A DNA stretch of 64,000 nucleotides from Sedimentisphaerales bacterium (lineage in GTDB: Bacteria > Planctomycetota > Phycisphaerae > Sedimentisphaerales > SM23-30), in NCBI GenBank assembly GCA_963666285.1, contig OY762711.1. The stretch is one strand, 5' to 3'. Position 1 is the first letter of the stretch. Every line of letters begins with the position of its first letter. A program made the position numbers and the translations under genes. The notes under the pieces were generated by a model. That model did no database searches. It was not told the DNA's origin and was given only the letters and a program-made list of their open reading frames with translations. Below, piece by piece: positions 41,920 to 53,319 of the stretch.

Positions 41920-43125
41920 CTATTCAAGAATCTTGGTAACAACACCAGCGCCAACAGTACGGCCACCTTCACGAACCGCAAAACGTACGCCTTCTTCCAT
42001 CGCGATCGGATTGATGATTTCACCCTGAATACGAGCGTTATCACCAGGCATACACATCTCGGCACCACCAAGCAGAGTAACAGCACCAGTTACGTCAGTT
42101 GTACGGAAGTAGAACTGAGGACGGTAACCGCTGAAGAATGGAGTGTGACGTCCACCTTCCTCTTTGCTTAGTACGTAAATTTCACCTTCGAACTTGGTGT
42201 GAGGTGTAATAGAACCAGCCTTTGCCAGAACCATACCGCGTTCAACGTCTTTCTTTTCAATACCACGAAGAAGAAGACCAACGTTGTCACCAGCCTGACC
42301 TTCATTCAGAGTCTTCTGGAACATTTCAACACCAGTACAAGTAGTCTTACGGGTCTCTTTGATACCAACGATTTCAACTTCATCACCAGTATGAATCATA
42401 CCACGTTCGATACGACCGGTAGCTACTGTACCGCGACCCTTAATTGAGAACACATCCTCAACAGGCATCAGGAAGTCTTTATCAACTTCACGTTCCGGTT
42501 CTGGGATATAGCTATCAAGAGCGTCCATAAGTTCCTGGATGCACTTGGTCTTCTCTGGATCATTCATGTGTTCGATTGCAAGACTTGCTGAACCATGAAT
42601 AACAGGACATTCGTCACCATTAAATTCATACTTGTCCAGAAGCTCACGAACTTCCATTTCAACAAGTTCCAGCAGTTCTTCGTCATCTACCAGGTCAACC
42701 TTATTCAGGAATACAACCAGACGAGGTACGTTTACCTGGCGAGCCAGTAGAACGTGTTCGCGTGTCTGAGGCATAGGACCGTCAGCAGCACTAACAACAA
42801 GGATAGCACCATCCATCTGAGCAGCACCAGTAATCATGTTCTTTACATAATCGGCGTGACCAGGACAGTCAATATGAGCATAGTGACGATTTTCTGATTC
42901 ATATTCCTGATGCGAAGTTGCAATTGTAATAACTTTAGTCGCATCACGACGACCCTGTGATTCTGAAGCCTTAGCAACTTCATCGTAACCTACAGCCTTA
43001 CCCAAACCCTTGCTAGCCTGTACCATAGTGATAGCAGCGGTCAGAGTTGTCTTACCATGGTCAATATGACCGATTGTACCAACGTTAACGTGTGGCTTTG
43101 TCCTGTTAAATACTTCCTTAGCCAT
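41920..43125 (-). CDS. tuf: Elongation factor Tu
   Basis: [24 protein letters not shown] and [12 protein letters not shown]. Confidence 0.98.
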   Translation of the reverse strand: MAKEVFNRTKPHVNVGTIGHIDHGKTTLTAAITMVQASKGLGKAVGYDEVAKASESQGRRDATKVITIATSHQEYESENRHYAHIDCPGHADYVKNMITGAAQMDGAILVVSAADGPMPQTREHVLLARQVNVPRLVVFLNKVDLVDDEELLELVEMEVRELLDKYEFNGDECPVIHGSASLAIEHMNDPEKTKCIQELMDALDSYIPEPEREVDKDFLMPVEDVFSIKGRGTVATGRIERGMIHTGDEVEIVGIKETRKTTCTGVEMFQKTLNEGQAGDNVGLLLRGIEKKDVERGMVLAKAGSITPHTKFEGEIYVLSKEEGGRHTPFFSGYRPQFYFRTTDVTGAVTLLGGAEMCMPGDNARIQGEIINPIAMEEGVRFAVREGGRTVGAGVVTKILE

Positions 43126-43245
43126 TTTCTGGTGTCTCCTTTATAACTTACTTCGGGACTTCCAACTATTATTTTTTACAAACTGTTTTTTCTAAATTCA
43201 GCCGATACCACAATGTATCGACTCAAAACTATTACAAATATCAAA

Positions 43246-43318
<73 letters not shown>

Positions 43319-43512
43319 AACCACTTTTTCAGTTTTTGCTGTCAGCCAAAGCAAAAGCTGATATCGATTGCCAAAAAAGCGGTTGCTTTTCACTATATTT
43401 TTCGAACCAGCTACAGCTAAATAATTCTACAGCAATAACTTAGCAAAATTACACAAATAATGCCGACACTTAGGGCGTGTCATAAAGCTATAGCTCCGCT
43501 ACAGAATTGAAC

Positions 43513-43542
43513 AATATACATCATGATGTCAGGTTTTGTCAA
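43513..43542 (-). promoter_or_regulatory. Sigma-70 promoter for tRNA-Thr-tuf
   Basis: Minus strand TTGACA-N18-TATATT preceded by A-tracts (UP-element-like). Confidence 0.6.
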
Positions 43543-43708
43543 AGTTTTTTTATTTTTTTTTAAGTTTTTTAAATAAATATTATTATTAATTGAGTGCTCT
43601 TTAATATTAGTAACAATATTCTTAGAGGTTGTTGTAGTAAGACTAATAAGATAATATCACATAAGATATTGTAATAAAACAATTTATACTATTATCTTGA
43701 TCGCTGTT

Positions 43709-44536
43709 TTACTTTACCCTATTAATAACAGCAGAATCATCCCTTTGTACCGTTCGGCTATACCTAATTCCGGGCATACCAAACAGCATAGGGTAATAAT
43801 AGCTATTAGCAGGTAAATTAATCCTCTTTTTATATTTAGGTAAAATTTCAAGTGCCATCTTTAGCAAACCACACCAGGTAGTACCAATTCCACAACTCTG
43901 TGCCATCAATTCAAAATATGAAAGTGCAATATTAACATCCTCATTAGGACATGTGGCATAATTCGAAGCTGATACTATAATAAAATGAGGTGCAGACCGG
44001 AAGACTACATCAACCTGCCGTTTCTTCCATAGAAAAATCAATTTCTTTAAATAATCAAACCGCTCTGGTATAGCCCCTACTTCAGCAGCTTTAACCAGAT
44101 CCTCCATCATTTTAGACCGGAAATTGTTTAAGAAATCAATATCATCAACAACAGTAAAAACCAGGTCCTGCCTGTTTACTCCTGTGGGGCAATTAGCTAC
44201 TGTAGCAAGTATACGATCAATTTTAGTTCTCTCAACATTGACCTGTTTGTACTTTCTAACACTACGTCGTCCTTTAATCAACGTTGCCACCTGAGATGAG
44301 GTAGGTAGATTTTCCTGGTTTAGACTGATAGAATCAGACGGCTTCAACCCAAGTAAAGATAACGCCCCTGTAGGACAAACAGCCAAACAATGCTGACATT
44401 CCATACAGGCAAGCTCTCTTGCCGGAGAAACATAAGGAATATCCTGATTGCCCTTTTCAATAATACTTGCCGGACAATCATCGATACAAAGCCCACATTT
44501 GATACATAAATTTTTATCGATTTGAAAATTCAGCAT
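43709..44536 (-). CDS. Nitroreductase family protein with N-terminal 2x[4Fe-4S] ferredoxin domain
   Basis: CIKCGLCIDDCP, CMECQHCLAVCP, RRSVRKY, PTGVNRQ and GIGTTWCG. Confidence 0.9.
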   Translation of the reverse strand: MLNFQIDKNLCIKCGLCIDDCPASIIEKGNQDIPYVSPARELACMECQHCLAVCPTGALSLLGLKPSDSISLNQENLPTSSQVATLIKGRRSVRKYKQVNVERTKIDRILATVANCPTGVNRQDLVFTVVDDIDFLNNFRSKMMEDLVKAAEVGAIPERFDYLKKLIFLWKKRQVDVVFRSAPHFIIVSASNYATCPNEDVNIALSYFELMAQSCGIGTTWCGLLKMALEILPKYKKRINLPANSYYYPMLFGMPGIRYSRTVQRDDSAVINRVK

Positions 44537-44541
44537 GTCAG

Positions 44542-45153
44542 TTAACTTTCCATCCTTTCACTAAGATGAGCAAGCAGGGTCTTCATTGCCCTGCCACGAT
44601 GGGAGATTTTATTTTTCTCAGAATAATCAAGCTCAGCAGCAGTATTCCCAAGTTCCGGTATAAAAAACAACGGATCATAGCCAAAGCCATTCTGCCCTTT
44701 TGGCTCAAAACCGATCTGTCCTTCAAAAGTACCTGATGTTTCAAAAATCACTCCATCAGGACCTGCCAGGCACAAACAACAGCGAAAACGAGCAGAACGC
44801 TGCTCCTGAGGTACATCTGCAAGCTCATTCAGAAGTTTCTGATTATTAGCTTTATCTTTATCTAAGCCATCCACACCGGCATATCGTGCAGAACGAACTC
44901 CCGGGGCCCCATTGAGAGCATCGACTTCCAAGCCTGAATCGTCGGCAACTACCACTTTTTGGGTCAATCTACTATAGTATTCGGCTTTACCACGTGCATT
45001 TTCTTGAAAAGTATTCCCATTCTCTTCAAATTCAGCGATATCCCCTAGATCGCTTAGGGGTTTTACAGAAATATTCAAACCGGCAAGCATTTTTTCAAAC
45101 TCAGCAACTTTTCCTTTATTACCAGTTGCAATAACAATTTCATCAATCTTCAC
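44542..45153 (-). CDS. rdgB: Non-canonical purine NTP pyrophosphatase (RdgB/HAM1)
   Basis: ATGNKGKVAE, ADDSGL, PGVRSARYAG, GFGYDPLF and KNKISHRG. Probable GTG start at 45153 after GGAG. Confidence 0.93.
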   Translation of the reverse strand: MKIDEIVIATGNKGKVAEFEKMLAGLNISVKPLSDLGDIAEFEENGNTFQENARGKAEYYSRLTQKVVVADDSGLEVDALNGAPGVRSARYAGVDGLDKDKANNQKLLNELADVPQEQRSARFRCCLCLAGPDGVIFETSGTFEGQIGFEPKGQNGFGYDPLFFIPELGNTAAELDYSEKNKISHRGRAMKTLLAHLSERMES

Positions 45154-45283
45154 AAAAAGCTCCATAAGATGTGGAATTACAGTAAATAAACGGTGTATTG
45201 ATGACAATCAATATCATCAGGACAGTATTATCATTATTTTTAGAATCTGCTCAATTAAAAATCAAATTTTCTGTTAAAAATAC

Positions 45284-45311
45284 TTGCATGAACCATAATA
45301 ATTGCTATACT
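45284..45311 (+). promoter_or_regulatory. Sigma-70 promoter for tRNA-Pro
   Basis: TTGCAT-N16-TATACT with a TG extension. Confidence 0.6.
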
Positions 45312-45325
45312 GACCTGTCTTGCTA

Positions 45326-45400
45326 CGGGGAGTAGCTCAGCTTGGCTAGAGCACCTGCTTTGGGAGCAGGGGGTCGCAGGTTCGAATCCTGTCTCCCCGA
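45326..45400 (+). tRNA. tRNA-Pro (TGG)
   Basis: CGGGGAGTAGCTCAGCTTGGCTAGAGCACCTGCTT-TGG-GAGCAGGGGGTCGCAGGTTCGAATCCTGTCTCCCCGA. Confidence 0.97.
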
Positions 45401-45409
45401 TTTAGACAT

Positions 45410-45446
45410 AAGGCTTTGTAATTACTAAAATTACAAAGCCTTTTTT
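45410..45446 (+). terminator. Terminator after tRNA-Pro
   Basis: AAGGCTTTGTAATT-ACTAA-AATTACAAAGCCTT followed by TTTT. Confidence 0.75.
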
Positions 45447-45648
45447 AATTTTAAATTAATAAAATTCAATAAGAATTATTTTATCACTTACAACATTATA
45501 CTGATCCTATAGCTATCTTACATTATCATTGCAGGCAAATAATGACTCTATAACATTACCTTGAATGACAAATTTCATAAAGACAGACAACCTCATATCC
45601 GGCAATTGGAGACCAATACCTTTCATTTTCAACTAATAAAATCTCTCA

Positions 45649-48012
45649 TCAGAATTGTTGGAGCAAAGAACATGGTGTATCTTTCTGCAGAAAAACCTTT
45701 CTCTTTTTGCCGTTATAGACAAAAGTGTATTCACCATCAGAACCAGCCTTTACAACAACATCCTGTAGTTCCTTGTCCTTCCATTCCATGTCAACAATCA
45801 CATCACCGCGAGCCTTTAGACCTTTAACTGAACCGCTTGACCATTTGCCAGGCAATGCCGGTAGTAAATGGATTTCATACCGTAAACCATCACCCGATAG
45901 CGGCACATGGCTTTGAAGCAACATCTCTGCCACTCCGGCGGTATGCCCAAAATTGCCATCAATCTGGAACGGAGGATGCAGACACCATAAGGCATCGCTC
46001 ACTCGTGAACTTATATAATTCCCAATTAATTTATGTGCCCGGTCACCATCAAGCAGCCTGGCCCACATATTGATCTTCCAGCCCATACTCCAGCCGGTAG
46101 CACCATCGCCGCGATAGTTCATAGACTGAATCGCCGCACTGGCAAATTTATCATCATCTTGAGAAGGTAAAATTCGACTACCTGGATGCACAGCAAACAA
46201 ATGAGAAAAATGTCTGTGCTTATCTTTGTTTGCTTTTTTTTCCAGTTCCGGATCATTCCACTCCTGCAATTGGCCATACCGGCCTATCTTTAAAGGCAGC
46301 AAACGATCTCGAGCTTCCTGAATCCTATCGGATATTTCATCTTCATTACCAACTATCTCTGCCGCCTTAATGCAATTATTGAACAGTTCCCAGACAACCA
46401 TATTGGGGAAATATGCCTTATCATTCATAGGCCCGTGTTCTGGTGAATACGATGGCACAACAACCAGATATCCCCCCTCAATCTCCTGGAGATTATCAAG
46501 CCAAAACTGGGCCGCCCCCTTAAGTAAAGGCCAGGCATAGTTTTCCAGATAATCCTTATCATCTGTAAAAGCATAATGATCCCATACATTCTGACATATA
46601 AATGCCGCACTTTCGGCTTCCATCATATGTACTCCCCTGGCAGGACCGGGAGATGTTGCCCCCCAGACATTGCATGTATGATGTGCCACCCAACCAGATG
46701 AGTTATAATGTATCCTGGCTGTTAATTCTCCTGCCCGCTTTAGATCAAATAGCCATTGCGTTAGCGGTTCCATACATTCTGATAGATTACAGGAATCGAC
46801 CGGCCAGTAATTCATCTGGAGATTAATATTCAAATGATAATCCCCATTCCAGGCCGGTGAATTTGTATCATTCCAGATGCCCTGCAAATTAGCCGGCATT
46901 GCCCCTGGACGCGAAGAAGCGATCATCAGGTAACGGCCAAATTGAAATGCAAGTATCTCCAGCCCCCTGTCATTTCGGTCTATCTGATACAGCTTCCTTC
47001 GCGCATCTATCGGCATATCAAAAAGATTCAGACCATCCAGGTTAAGATCGACACGGCTAAATAAATTCTGATAATCTGCAATATGCCTGTCCTTCAGGGT
47101 AGAATATGTTTTATCTGACACCCGTTTTAATACATCATCATTTTTCCGGTCAGGCTCTCCCCCGATATAATCAGGCCACGAAAGCTGATAATTCGTAGCT
47201 CCAGCCATCTTGATAATAACTTCATCCGCCCCATTAATTTCAATTGCCGGGTTCTTACCCTGATCATCAGAAGTTAAAGCCTCAACTTTGTTTACTTCAC
47301 CTGCAACATTCATTACCTCCATGCGTCCCTGGAATTTCATACCAGACTTGCCTTCCTGTCTGACATCAACCTCACCGTCGATCTGTAAAGTATTACCTAC
47401 AACGGTCACTTGACTCTTTCTATGCAAGCTTGATAAACTAATAACAAGATTTAATTCCCCCGGCTTATCCACAGAGAACTTCATTATGCAAACCTGATCC
47501 GGATAACTACTGAAGTATTCCCGCTTATAGTTTACACCTTCATATCGATACGATACTTCTGCAACTGCATTTTCCAGGTCCAGGCTTCTTTTATAATCGG
47601 AGATTTTTTCAAAATCATGACCAAAATTAACATGTGCATTAAAAAAAGATTGATAGCTGCCAAAGTCTGGTTTGCCATAGCCGTAATAACTGCAAAACTC
47701 TTCCAGGGCAACTTTATCAATATCACTCTGAGATGCACCATCATTTATCATTTTGCGTAGTTTTTTTAATGCTTCATACGAACCCTGGCGATCATTATCC
47801 TTTTCAAACCAGCCGCTCCAAAGACTGTCCTCATTAAAGATAACCTTTTCAACGGTAGTTCCGAAAACAACCATCCCCAGCCGACCATTACCCAGCGGCA
47901 ACCCATTATCCCAGCTTGAGGCAGGCTTATCAAACCAGATAGAATTTTGCTGTCCCAAAGCAAAAGAACAGCAAAAACATAAAATTAATATCATGCAGCG
48001 TTTTACTATCAT
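45649..48012 (-). CDS. Glycoside hydrolase family 95 (alpha-L-fucosidase-like)
   Basis: Signal peptide. [41 protein letters not shown] and [10 protein letters not shown]. Confidence 0.92.
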   Translation of the reverse strand: MIVKRCMILILCFCCSFALGQQNSIWFDKPASSWDNGLPLGNGRLGMVVFGTTVEKVIFNEDSLWSGWFEKDNDRQGSYEALKKLRKMINDGASQSDIDKVALEEFCSYYGYGKPDFGSYQSFFNAHVNFGHDFEKISDYKRSLDLENAVAEVSYRYEGVNYKREYFSSYPDQVCIMKFSVDKPGELNLVISLSSLHRKSQVTVVGNTLQIDGEVDVRQEGKSGMKFQGRMEVMNVAGEVNKVEALTSDDQGKNPAIEINGADEVIIKMAGATNYQLSWPDYIGGEPDRKNDDVLKRVSDKTYSTLKDRHIADYQNLFSRVDLNLDGLNLFDMPIDARRKLYQIDRNDRGLEILAFQFGRYLMIASSRPGAMPANLQGIWNDTNSPAWNGDYHLNINLQMNYWPVDSCNLSECMEPLTQWLFDLKRAGELTARIHYNSSGWVAHHTCNVWGATSPGPARGVHMMEAESAAFICQNVWDHYAFTDDKDYLENYAWPLLKGAAQFWLDNLQEIEGGYLVVVPSYSPEHGPMNDKAYFPNMVVWELFNNCIKAAEIVGNEDEISDRIQEARDRLLPLKIGRYGQLQEWNDPELEKKANKDKHRHFSHLFAVHPGSRILPSQDDDKFASAAIQSMNYRGDGATGWSMGWKINMWARLLDGDRAHKLIGNYISSRVSDALWCLHPPFQIDGNFGHTAGVAEMLLQSHVPLSGDGLRYEIHLLPALPGKWSSGSVKGLKARGDVIVDMEWKDKELQDVVVKAGSDGEYTFVYNGKKRKVFLQKDTPCSLLQQF

Positions 48013-48100
48013 ACTTTACTCCTAAAAACTCCTGGTCATCACAAATGTCTAAAACTGGCAGCTACCCTGCTTTATAACACTACAAGAAAAAAGTCAGCCA

Positions 48101-48144
48101 AAAAAAATAAGGCTTTACAACTATCATAATTACAAAGCCTTATG
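48101..48144 (-). terminator. Terminator after the GH31 gene
   Basis: Minus strand ATAAGGCTTTGTAATT-ATGAT-AGTTGTAAAGCCTTAT followed by a T-run. The stem is completed by G-U pairs. Confidence 0.65.
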
Positions 48145-48180
48145 GTATTGGTTCCTATCTTTAGAATCGATTACTCAGTA

Positions 48181-50472
48181 TTATTTATTATCAAAAAGAC
48201 TTACAGTACCGGTAACACTAACTGAAGTTTTGCCAGTATAAGGTATAGTTAACAGTCGTTTTTCAGAGTCCCATTTAAACCCACTATTTTTTTCAAGTCT
48301 CTTTCCGTTTTTAGTTATCGTGTCGAACTTCTTACAATATACTTCAAGGACACCATTTACTCCCAGGGAGTCGAAAGTAATTTCTACATTTCCTTCCATA
48401 TCTGCATGACAAATAATTGGAATTGTTTTTTTACCATCAAAATAATCAAAAGACCGAGAGAAGTTATTTGACGGAAAGAATTCGATATGTAAAGAAGGTT
48501 TCCAATTTTCTGTCCAATTGTTATTCGATTTGAGAATATCGCCACGCGGTATTATCGCACCTGCCTTGACAAATAACGGAATAACATCGATCGGCGAATC
48601 TACGTACTTTTCCGAAGGACCTTTTACAGAATCAGTCTTATTATTATAATCGACCCACATGCCGTCAGGTAAATAGACTTTGCGACCTTTTGCCTTTTCA
48701 TTGATTATCGGAGCGACCAGGATTTCAGGTCCACACATAAACTGATCCCACATATTATTCAGTTTTTCATCTTCCGGCCACATCAGCAACATGGCCCGCA
48801 TAACAGGCATACCAGACTGCACTGCATTAAAATAACTCGATTGCATATAAGGTATCAAATCATGATGATCCCGGCATTGCTTGCGAGCTATTTCGAGCAT
48901 TTCGGAATCATAGTCCTCAGAGTACCATACCGTTCGTTTTGGGTCGATATGTACTTCCATCATCGTACAATAAGCACTAAACTGCAGCCATCGCGCAAAC
49001 AGTTCTTTTGAAGGAACCTTTGTATAGCCGCCGGTATCTGAACCATTATACGGGAAGTTAATAAAACCGCATCTTAGAGCATTTTTTACCGATATCTGTA
49101 AACCGGCATAATCACCGGAAGTGTCGCCATTCCATACACCTACATACTGCCTGCTTTTGTCGAAGGTATTGCGTGCGAAAATAAGATAATCATCGCCAAA
49201 TCTTTTTTGCATCCCTTCTGTTGTCATTTTATTAAAAAGGAAAACATTTTCATTTTCAACCGATTCGGGCATCTCGTTCTCGTGGCCCCGGTCAATTTTA
49301 TAGCCGCGAACACCAAGCTCAGGATAAACGTCGAGATAATCCATAAACCATTGATAGGCCCCTGGAATACGCATATCTGCTGCTGGCCGATCGGTATAAC
49401 CTTTGAAAAGATATTCTTTTTTATAGCCCTGATCTCTAAGCTTATTATGCACTCTATTTGCAATCCATAACAAAAGCTTGTATCCCTGGCTATCCAGATT
49501 GTCAATCATAGCTTTGGGGTCAGGAAATCCCTTTTCTGAAGTATCAAAACCGCCATTACCCCAGCCCCACTCTCCGGCATCAAAAGGACGATCAATCCAG
49601 ATCGCCGAAGCAGGAATTTGGTGATACTGCAAGTAATTTGCCGTAGCCAAAACGTTATCCTGGGCACAGGATATTTTTTTATCCGCTACAATATCCTTAT
49701 GCCCCATATCGCTATAGTCGTCGTCACGCCACCAGATTGAATCAAAAGCCCATACCGGCGGCATGAATGCCGGACCAGACAGATCGTTGAATGTTTTTAA
49801 TATTTCCGAATAATCATTTCCATATATAAAATAGTATTCAAGATTATCAGTATCAAAACTGAACCCTGTTTTGCTTTCTTTTGCAAATGAATATCGCCCC
49901 TTAGCCATAGTAGGGACATATATGCCATACTTTCTGGTAGTCATATAAAAAGGAGCACGGGCATTTGCATAACTTGCCCCTTTACCATGGGTATAACCAA
50001 GCAAATCGCAATCTGCTCCCCTGTTTGAAATAGCTCCGCCTCTTGGATACTCCCATATCCCGTAATATTCCTCTCCATTATCGGCAAATTGTTCTCTAAT
50101 GCTGGTTATCTCGGAATCAGAACCTGATACGGCAAAACGAATAAGATTGTCATCTTCAGCTGAAATAATAAAAACAGCTTTATGATCAGCTCCTTCAAGA
50201 ATAAGATCGGCCTTAAGAGTTTTTTCTTCTACTCGAATATTAACAGCTTCTAAAACCTTAAATGATTTTTCATTTGAGTAAAATACTGTTTGAGAATGCT
50301 GAAGTAATATATTACCTTTTTCATTATCAATAATAGAAAACTGAAATGGGTTTTCACCTATTTGCACTTCCACAAGATCTGTTTTTAAGGAAAATCCGGG
50401 GCTTGCCCAAAGCGAACAACTGAAAACAAAGAAAATAGCAAATATTTTAATCAAAGCCCTGTTGTTGAACAC
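48181..50472 (-). CDS. Glycoside hydrolase family 31
   Basis: Signal peptide. MPPVWAF, GYKID (nucleophile), VWNGD, GSDTGGY, ELFARWLQF and GMPVMRAM. Confidence 0.9.
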   Translation of the reverse strand: MFNNRALIKIFAIFFVFSCSLWASPGFSLKTDLVEVQIGENPFQFSIIDNEKGNILLQHSQTVFYSNEKSFKVLEAVNIRVEEKTLKADLILEGADHKAVFIISAEDDNLIRFAVSGSDSEITSIREQFADNGEEYYGIWEYPRGGAISNRGADCDLLGYTHGKGASYANARAPFYMTTRKYGIYVPTMAKGRYSFAKESKTGFSFDTDNLEYYFIYGNDYSEILKTFNDLSGPAFMPPVWAFDSIWWRDDDYSDMGHKDIVADKKISCAQDNVLATANYLQYHQIPASAIWIDRPFDAGEWGWGNGGFDTSEKGFPDPKAMIDNLDSQGYKLLLWIANRVHNKLRDQGYKKEYLFKGYTDRPAADMRIPGAYQWFMDYLDVYPELGVRGYKIDRGHENEMPESVENENVFLFNKMTTEGMQKRFGDDYLIFARNTFDKSRQYVGVWNGDTSGDYAGLQISVKNALRCGFINFPYNGSDTGGYTKVPSKELFARWLQFSAYCTMMEVHIDPKRTVWYSEDYDSEMLEIARKQCRDHHDLIPYMQSSYFNAVQSGMPVMRAMLLMWPEDEKLNNMWDQFMCGPEILVAPIINEKAKGRKVYLPDGMWVDYNNKTDSVKGPSEKYVDSPIDVIPLFVKAGAIIPRGDILKSNNNWTENWKPSLHIEFFPSNNFSRSFDYFDGKKTIPIICHADMEGNVEITFDSLGVNGVLEVYCKKFDTITKNGKRLEKNSGFKWDSEKRLLTIPYTGKTSVSVTGTVSLFDNK

Positions 50473-51115
50473 AATTCACCTCTTTTTCAAAAAAAATAAA
50501 CAATTAAATATTACAATAAAGTAGCTACTTTTGGATCTTCCGGATGTATCTGCCAATTAATCAAGATAACATCCAGAATGTAATTACATATACATCTTAC
50601 AAAATTAATATGTATTTGCAAATCATATATATATTGACAAACACTTAACAAATTAATGCAAAAACAATAAAATTACATAGACTCGAATTAATTGGGATAA
50701 AAATCACCTCAACTATAATGAACATGGCATCCCGGCTTGTGTGACAAAATCTTGATAGGAATGCCATAGGACAAGCTCTTGCGGTGATGAATTGAGATTG
50801 TCAATGCTAGAGGGCAAATCAGAATGATTTGCCAAGGCTTGATATAAATATTCAGTTTTTATAGAACGCTTTTATGTTAAAGACGAAGTTTTCGTCGTTG
50901 TTAAGTTTTATAGAGAGCTGATTTTTGCTGGTAATCATTTTTGTTGGCTCTCTACTATTGGACGGTATGTCAAAAGTGCGCTGATTTTATGGGCGGGATG
51001 GTTGGCTTGGAAGTTTGTAAGGTGTTGGGGGTAAACGGGATAAAATTTCTGGGAATTATTGATTTTCGCGATTTGGTGGTTGTAAAAACGCGGTGATTTT
51101 TTCTTTGAAAAAATC

Positions 51116-51842
51116 AAGTGAAGAATTGCGGTGTCGCTTCGCGACGACTAATTAATGGGAGACGGAGGGTAAGCGGAATATGTACGGGGCAGCGCGGCGG
51201 TGGGACGGCGGTGAAAAGGGGTACGGATTTGAGCGAAGGCGAATTGCGGGCCGCGGGCAATATACGGCGGGACATTAAATGGGTGCGGCGGTACGCGGAC
51301 GGAAACGGAGCGGAGACGCGACAAGCTACGCTAAATGAAAAATTAATAATTAAAAGTGAAAAATTAAGGTGTCGCTGCGCGACCTATTTTAAACGGCTGA
51401 CGCCGAGCGACGGAAGGTCGCTGGAAAGTTGACAGGAGAGCAGCTAAAAAGCAACGAGCTATCAGCGGCGAGCTACGCTAAGTGAAAAATGAATAATGAA
51501 TAATGAAAAGTTGAGGTGTCCGCTTCGCGGACAGCTTATTTTAAATGGTGGTGCCGAATATGCCGAGCTCCGCCTGAAGCGGATCTCATTCTACTCAGCG
51601 TTCCAGAGGTGAAGGAGGAGTTAAAAAACGGAATGAAATTGAAGGGTGCGGAGATATAAGGATGAGTATATGGCAGGTTTGAAGAGGAGGTGCGGCAGGA
51701 AGCGGATTTTGCGGGATTTGTTGTAAGTTGTTATTTTTGGTTTATGGGCGGACCAGATGCTGCGAAGCGGCATCAAAGTGTAAAGGGTAAAATAAAAAGT
51801 GTAAAGGAGGTGTTCGCCTGGCGGCTCACAACTTATTTTAAA
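51116..51842 (+). repeat. Four dispersed units of purine-rich heptamer repeats followed by a GGTGT hairpin and an AT-rich tail
   Basis: Units at 51116-51155, 51324-51393, 51471-51545 and 51775-51842. Example: AATGAAA AATTAAT AATTAAA AGTGAAA AATTAAG GTGTCGCTGCGCGAC CTATTTTAAA. Confidence 0.65.
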
Positions 51843-51929
51843 GCTAACGCGTGATTTCAGAATTATGGCACCTGAAGGATGACATTTCAAAATATAAAAA
51901 GCTTTTTAATGGTTTATTCTACGCATCAT

Positions 51930-52100
51930 ATGCATGACGCACTTTTGAATGTTCAACATTATACGCAAAGGTCGGAACAGGGCCAATTAAGTGAAACAAA
52001 TAAGGTGTTCGACTATCGTATCACATTTTGTTTAAATTCAAAGTATTGCAGGAAGGCTCTTTTAGGCGATTTTTACATCTTAAAAACTACCAAAGTTAAC
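51930..52100 (+). mobile_element. MITE-like repeat, degenerate copy 4
   Basis: Retains CGCACTTTTGAATGTTCAACATTATACGCAAAGGTCGGAACAGGGCC and ATTCAAAGTATTGCAGGAAGGCTCTTTTAGGCGATTTTT. Ends are eroded and no target-site duplication is visible. Confidence 0.65.
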
Positions 52101-52355
52101 TTTGAGTAAATTACAATATGACCTTTATCGTTCATAAACATATCGCAAGTAAGCTTAACCAAAAATCAAGTTCCTGAGAGAAAATATAATCAGTATGTTA
52201 GTGCATACTACAGGTGTCGGGAACTGAAAGCCAATTGGGGCAGTCAGGACAATTGATTGTGCCCAGGGCATACGCAGCGGGCTGCACAATGCTGATTCTG
52301 ACGGGACTGATATGTGTTTGCCGGGCGATGGTTAATTTCATGCCCAGCCAGGATA

Positions 52356-53195
52356 TTAGATGAGGTCGGTGTCGTTGGCTTTTACCCAGGTGATATCATC
52401 GTTGCCAAGCATGATCTTGTACCACCCCTGCCGTTTTTCGAGCAGTTTGAACTCTGTGCCGCTGTGGAGCGGTTCGGTATAGCTTTCGGGGTAGGTGTCG
52501 CTATCGCCCTGCCGGGCTACGGTCTGATGGGCGGTGATAACGCCGTATGCGAGCCTGTCGCTGTTGATCCGTTCGTATGTAACGGAGCCTGTGAGGCATA
52601 GTGTGCAGAATAGCATAAGAACAGCGACCATGACCGCGGGGGCGGGGTGTTTGCGGGTCTTTATCATAATAGCGATAACAATACAGGTGATCCACCAGAA
52701 AGCGATCGCGGAGATGAGGCGGCCCTTGAGCGAGAAGTCGTAATGCCAGAAGAAAAGGGTTTCGAGCACTTTCTTTTCGACGGGAACGGGTATCTGGTCG
52801 GTCCTTAGCGAGCGGGCGTAGGTAAGGTTGCCGGCGATGTCGGTGTTGGAGCCGTCGAGTTTTTCGGCACGCCGATAGTTCAGAATGGCCATACCAATGT
52901 CACCTTTCATCATCCAAGCGTTGCCGATATTGTAAAAGATATGAGAGTTTTGTATGCCGTAATCGTCGATAAGCTTGCGGAAATAGAGTATCGCCTTGTC
53001 GTATTGGGCCATAGCTGCTGCGGTATCGGTTGCGGAAAGACTGTTGGCCTCAGAGAATGCGGTCTCGGCGTTACGCAGGCAATCCTGGGCCGATAGTTCA
53101 GAGCTGTCAGCGGCGAACGCAAGCACAGGAACGAGCAACAGAACAATTATAATGTATTTTATGGTACGCATGTTATTATCTTCTATTATATTCAA
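52356..53195 (-). CDS. batE: BatE-like TPR + SH3b protein
   Basis: FYNIGNAW...GMAILNYRRAEKL TPR, two TM helices, and LHSGTEFKLLEKRQGWYKI...WV SH3b. Likely start at 53171. Confidence 0.75.
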   Translation of the reverse strand: MNIIEDNNMRTIKYIIIVLLLVPVLAFAADSSELSAQDCLRNAETAFSEANSLSATDTAAAMAQYDKAILYFRKLIDDYGIQNSHIFYNIGNAWMMKGDIGMAILNYRRAEKLDGSNTDIAGNLTYARSLRTDQIPVPVEKKVLETLFFWHYDFSLKGRLISAIAFWWITCIVIAIMIKTRKHPAPAVMVAVLMLFCTLCLTGSVTYERINSDRLAYGVITAHQTVARQGDSDTYPESYTEPLHSGTEFKLLEKRQGWYKIMLGNDDITWVKANDTDLI

Positions 53196-53319
53196 ACTTA
53201 CCGATGAGCTGTTTGATAGGTATTAGGCAGGAATTGCCGCACAAGCGGCAGACTATTTTAATTTTCAAAAACAGCTGCATTCATTATTCCAATTATCATA
53301 CAACACCAATTTGGTTTGA

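Noticed and set aside
51116..51842. CRISPR array
   Set aside because: The repeats are degenerate, the spacers are long and irregular (about 80-230 nt), and there are no cas genes.
51118..52109. Short ORFs 51118-51432, 51621-51890 and 51879-52109
   Set aside because: They run across repeats or the MITE remnant, lack clear ribosome-binding sites, and show composition-driven amino-acid bias.
45326..52355. Integrative island at tRNA-Pro
   Set aside because: There is no integrase, and no duplicated tRNA 3' end was found downstream.
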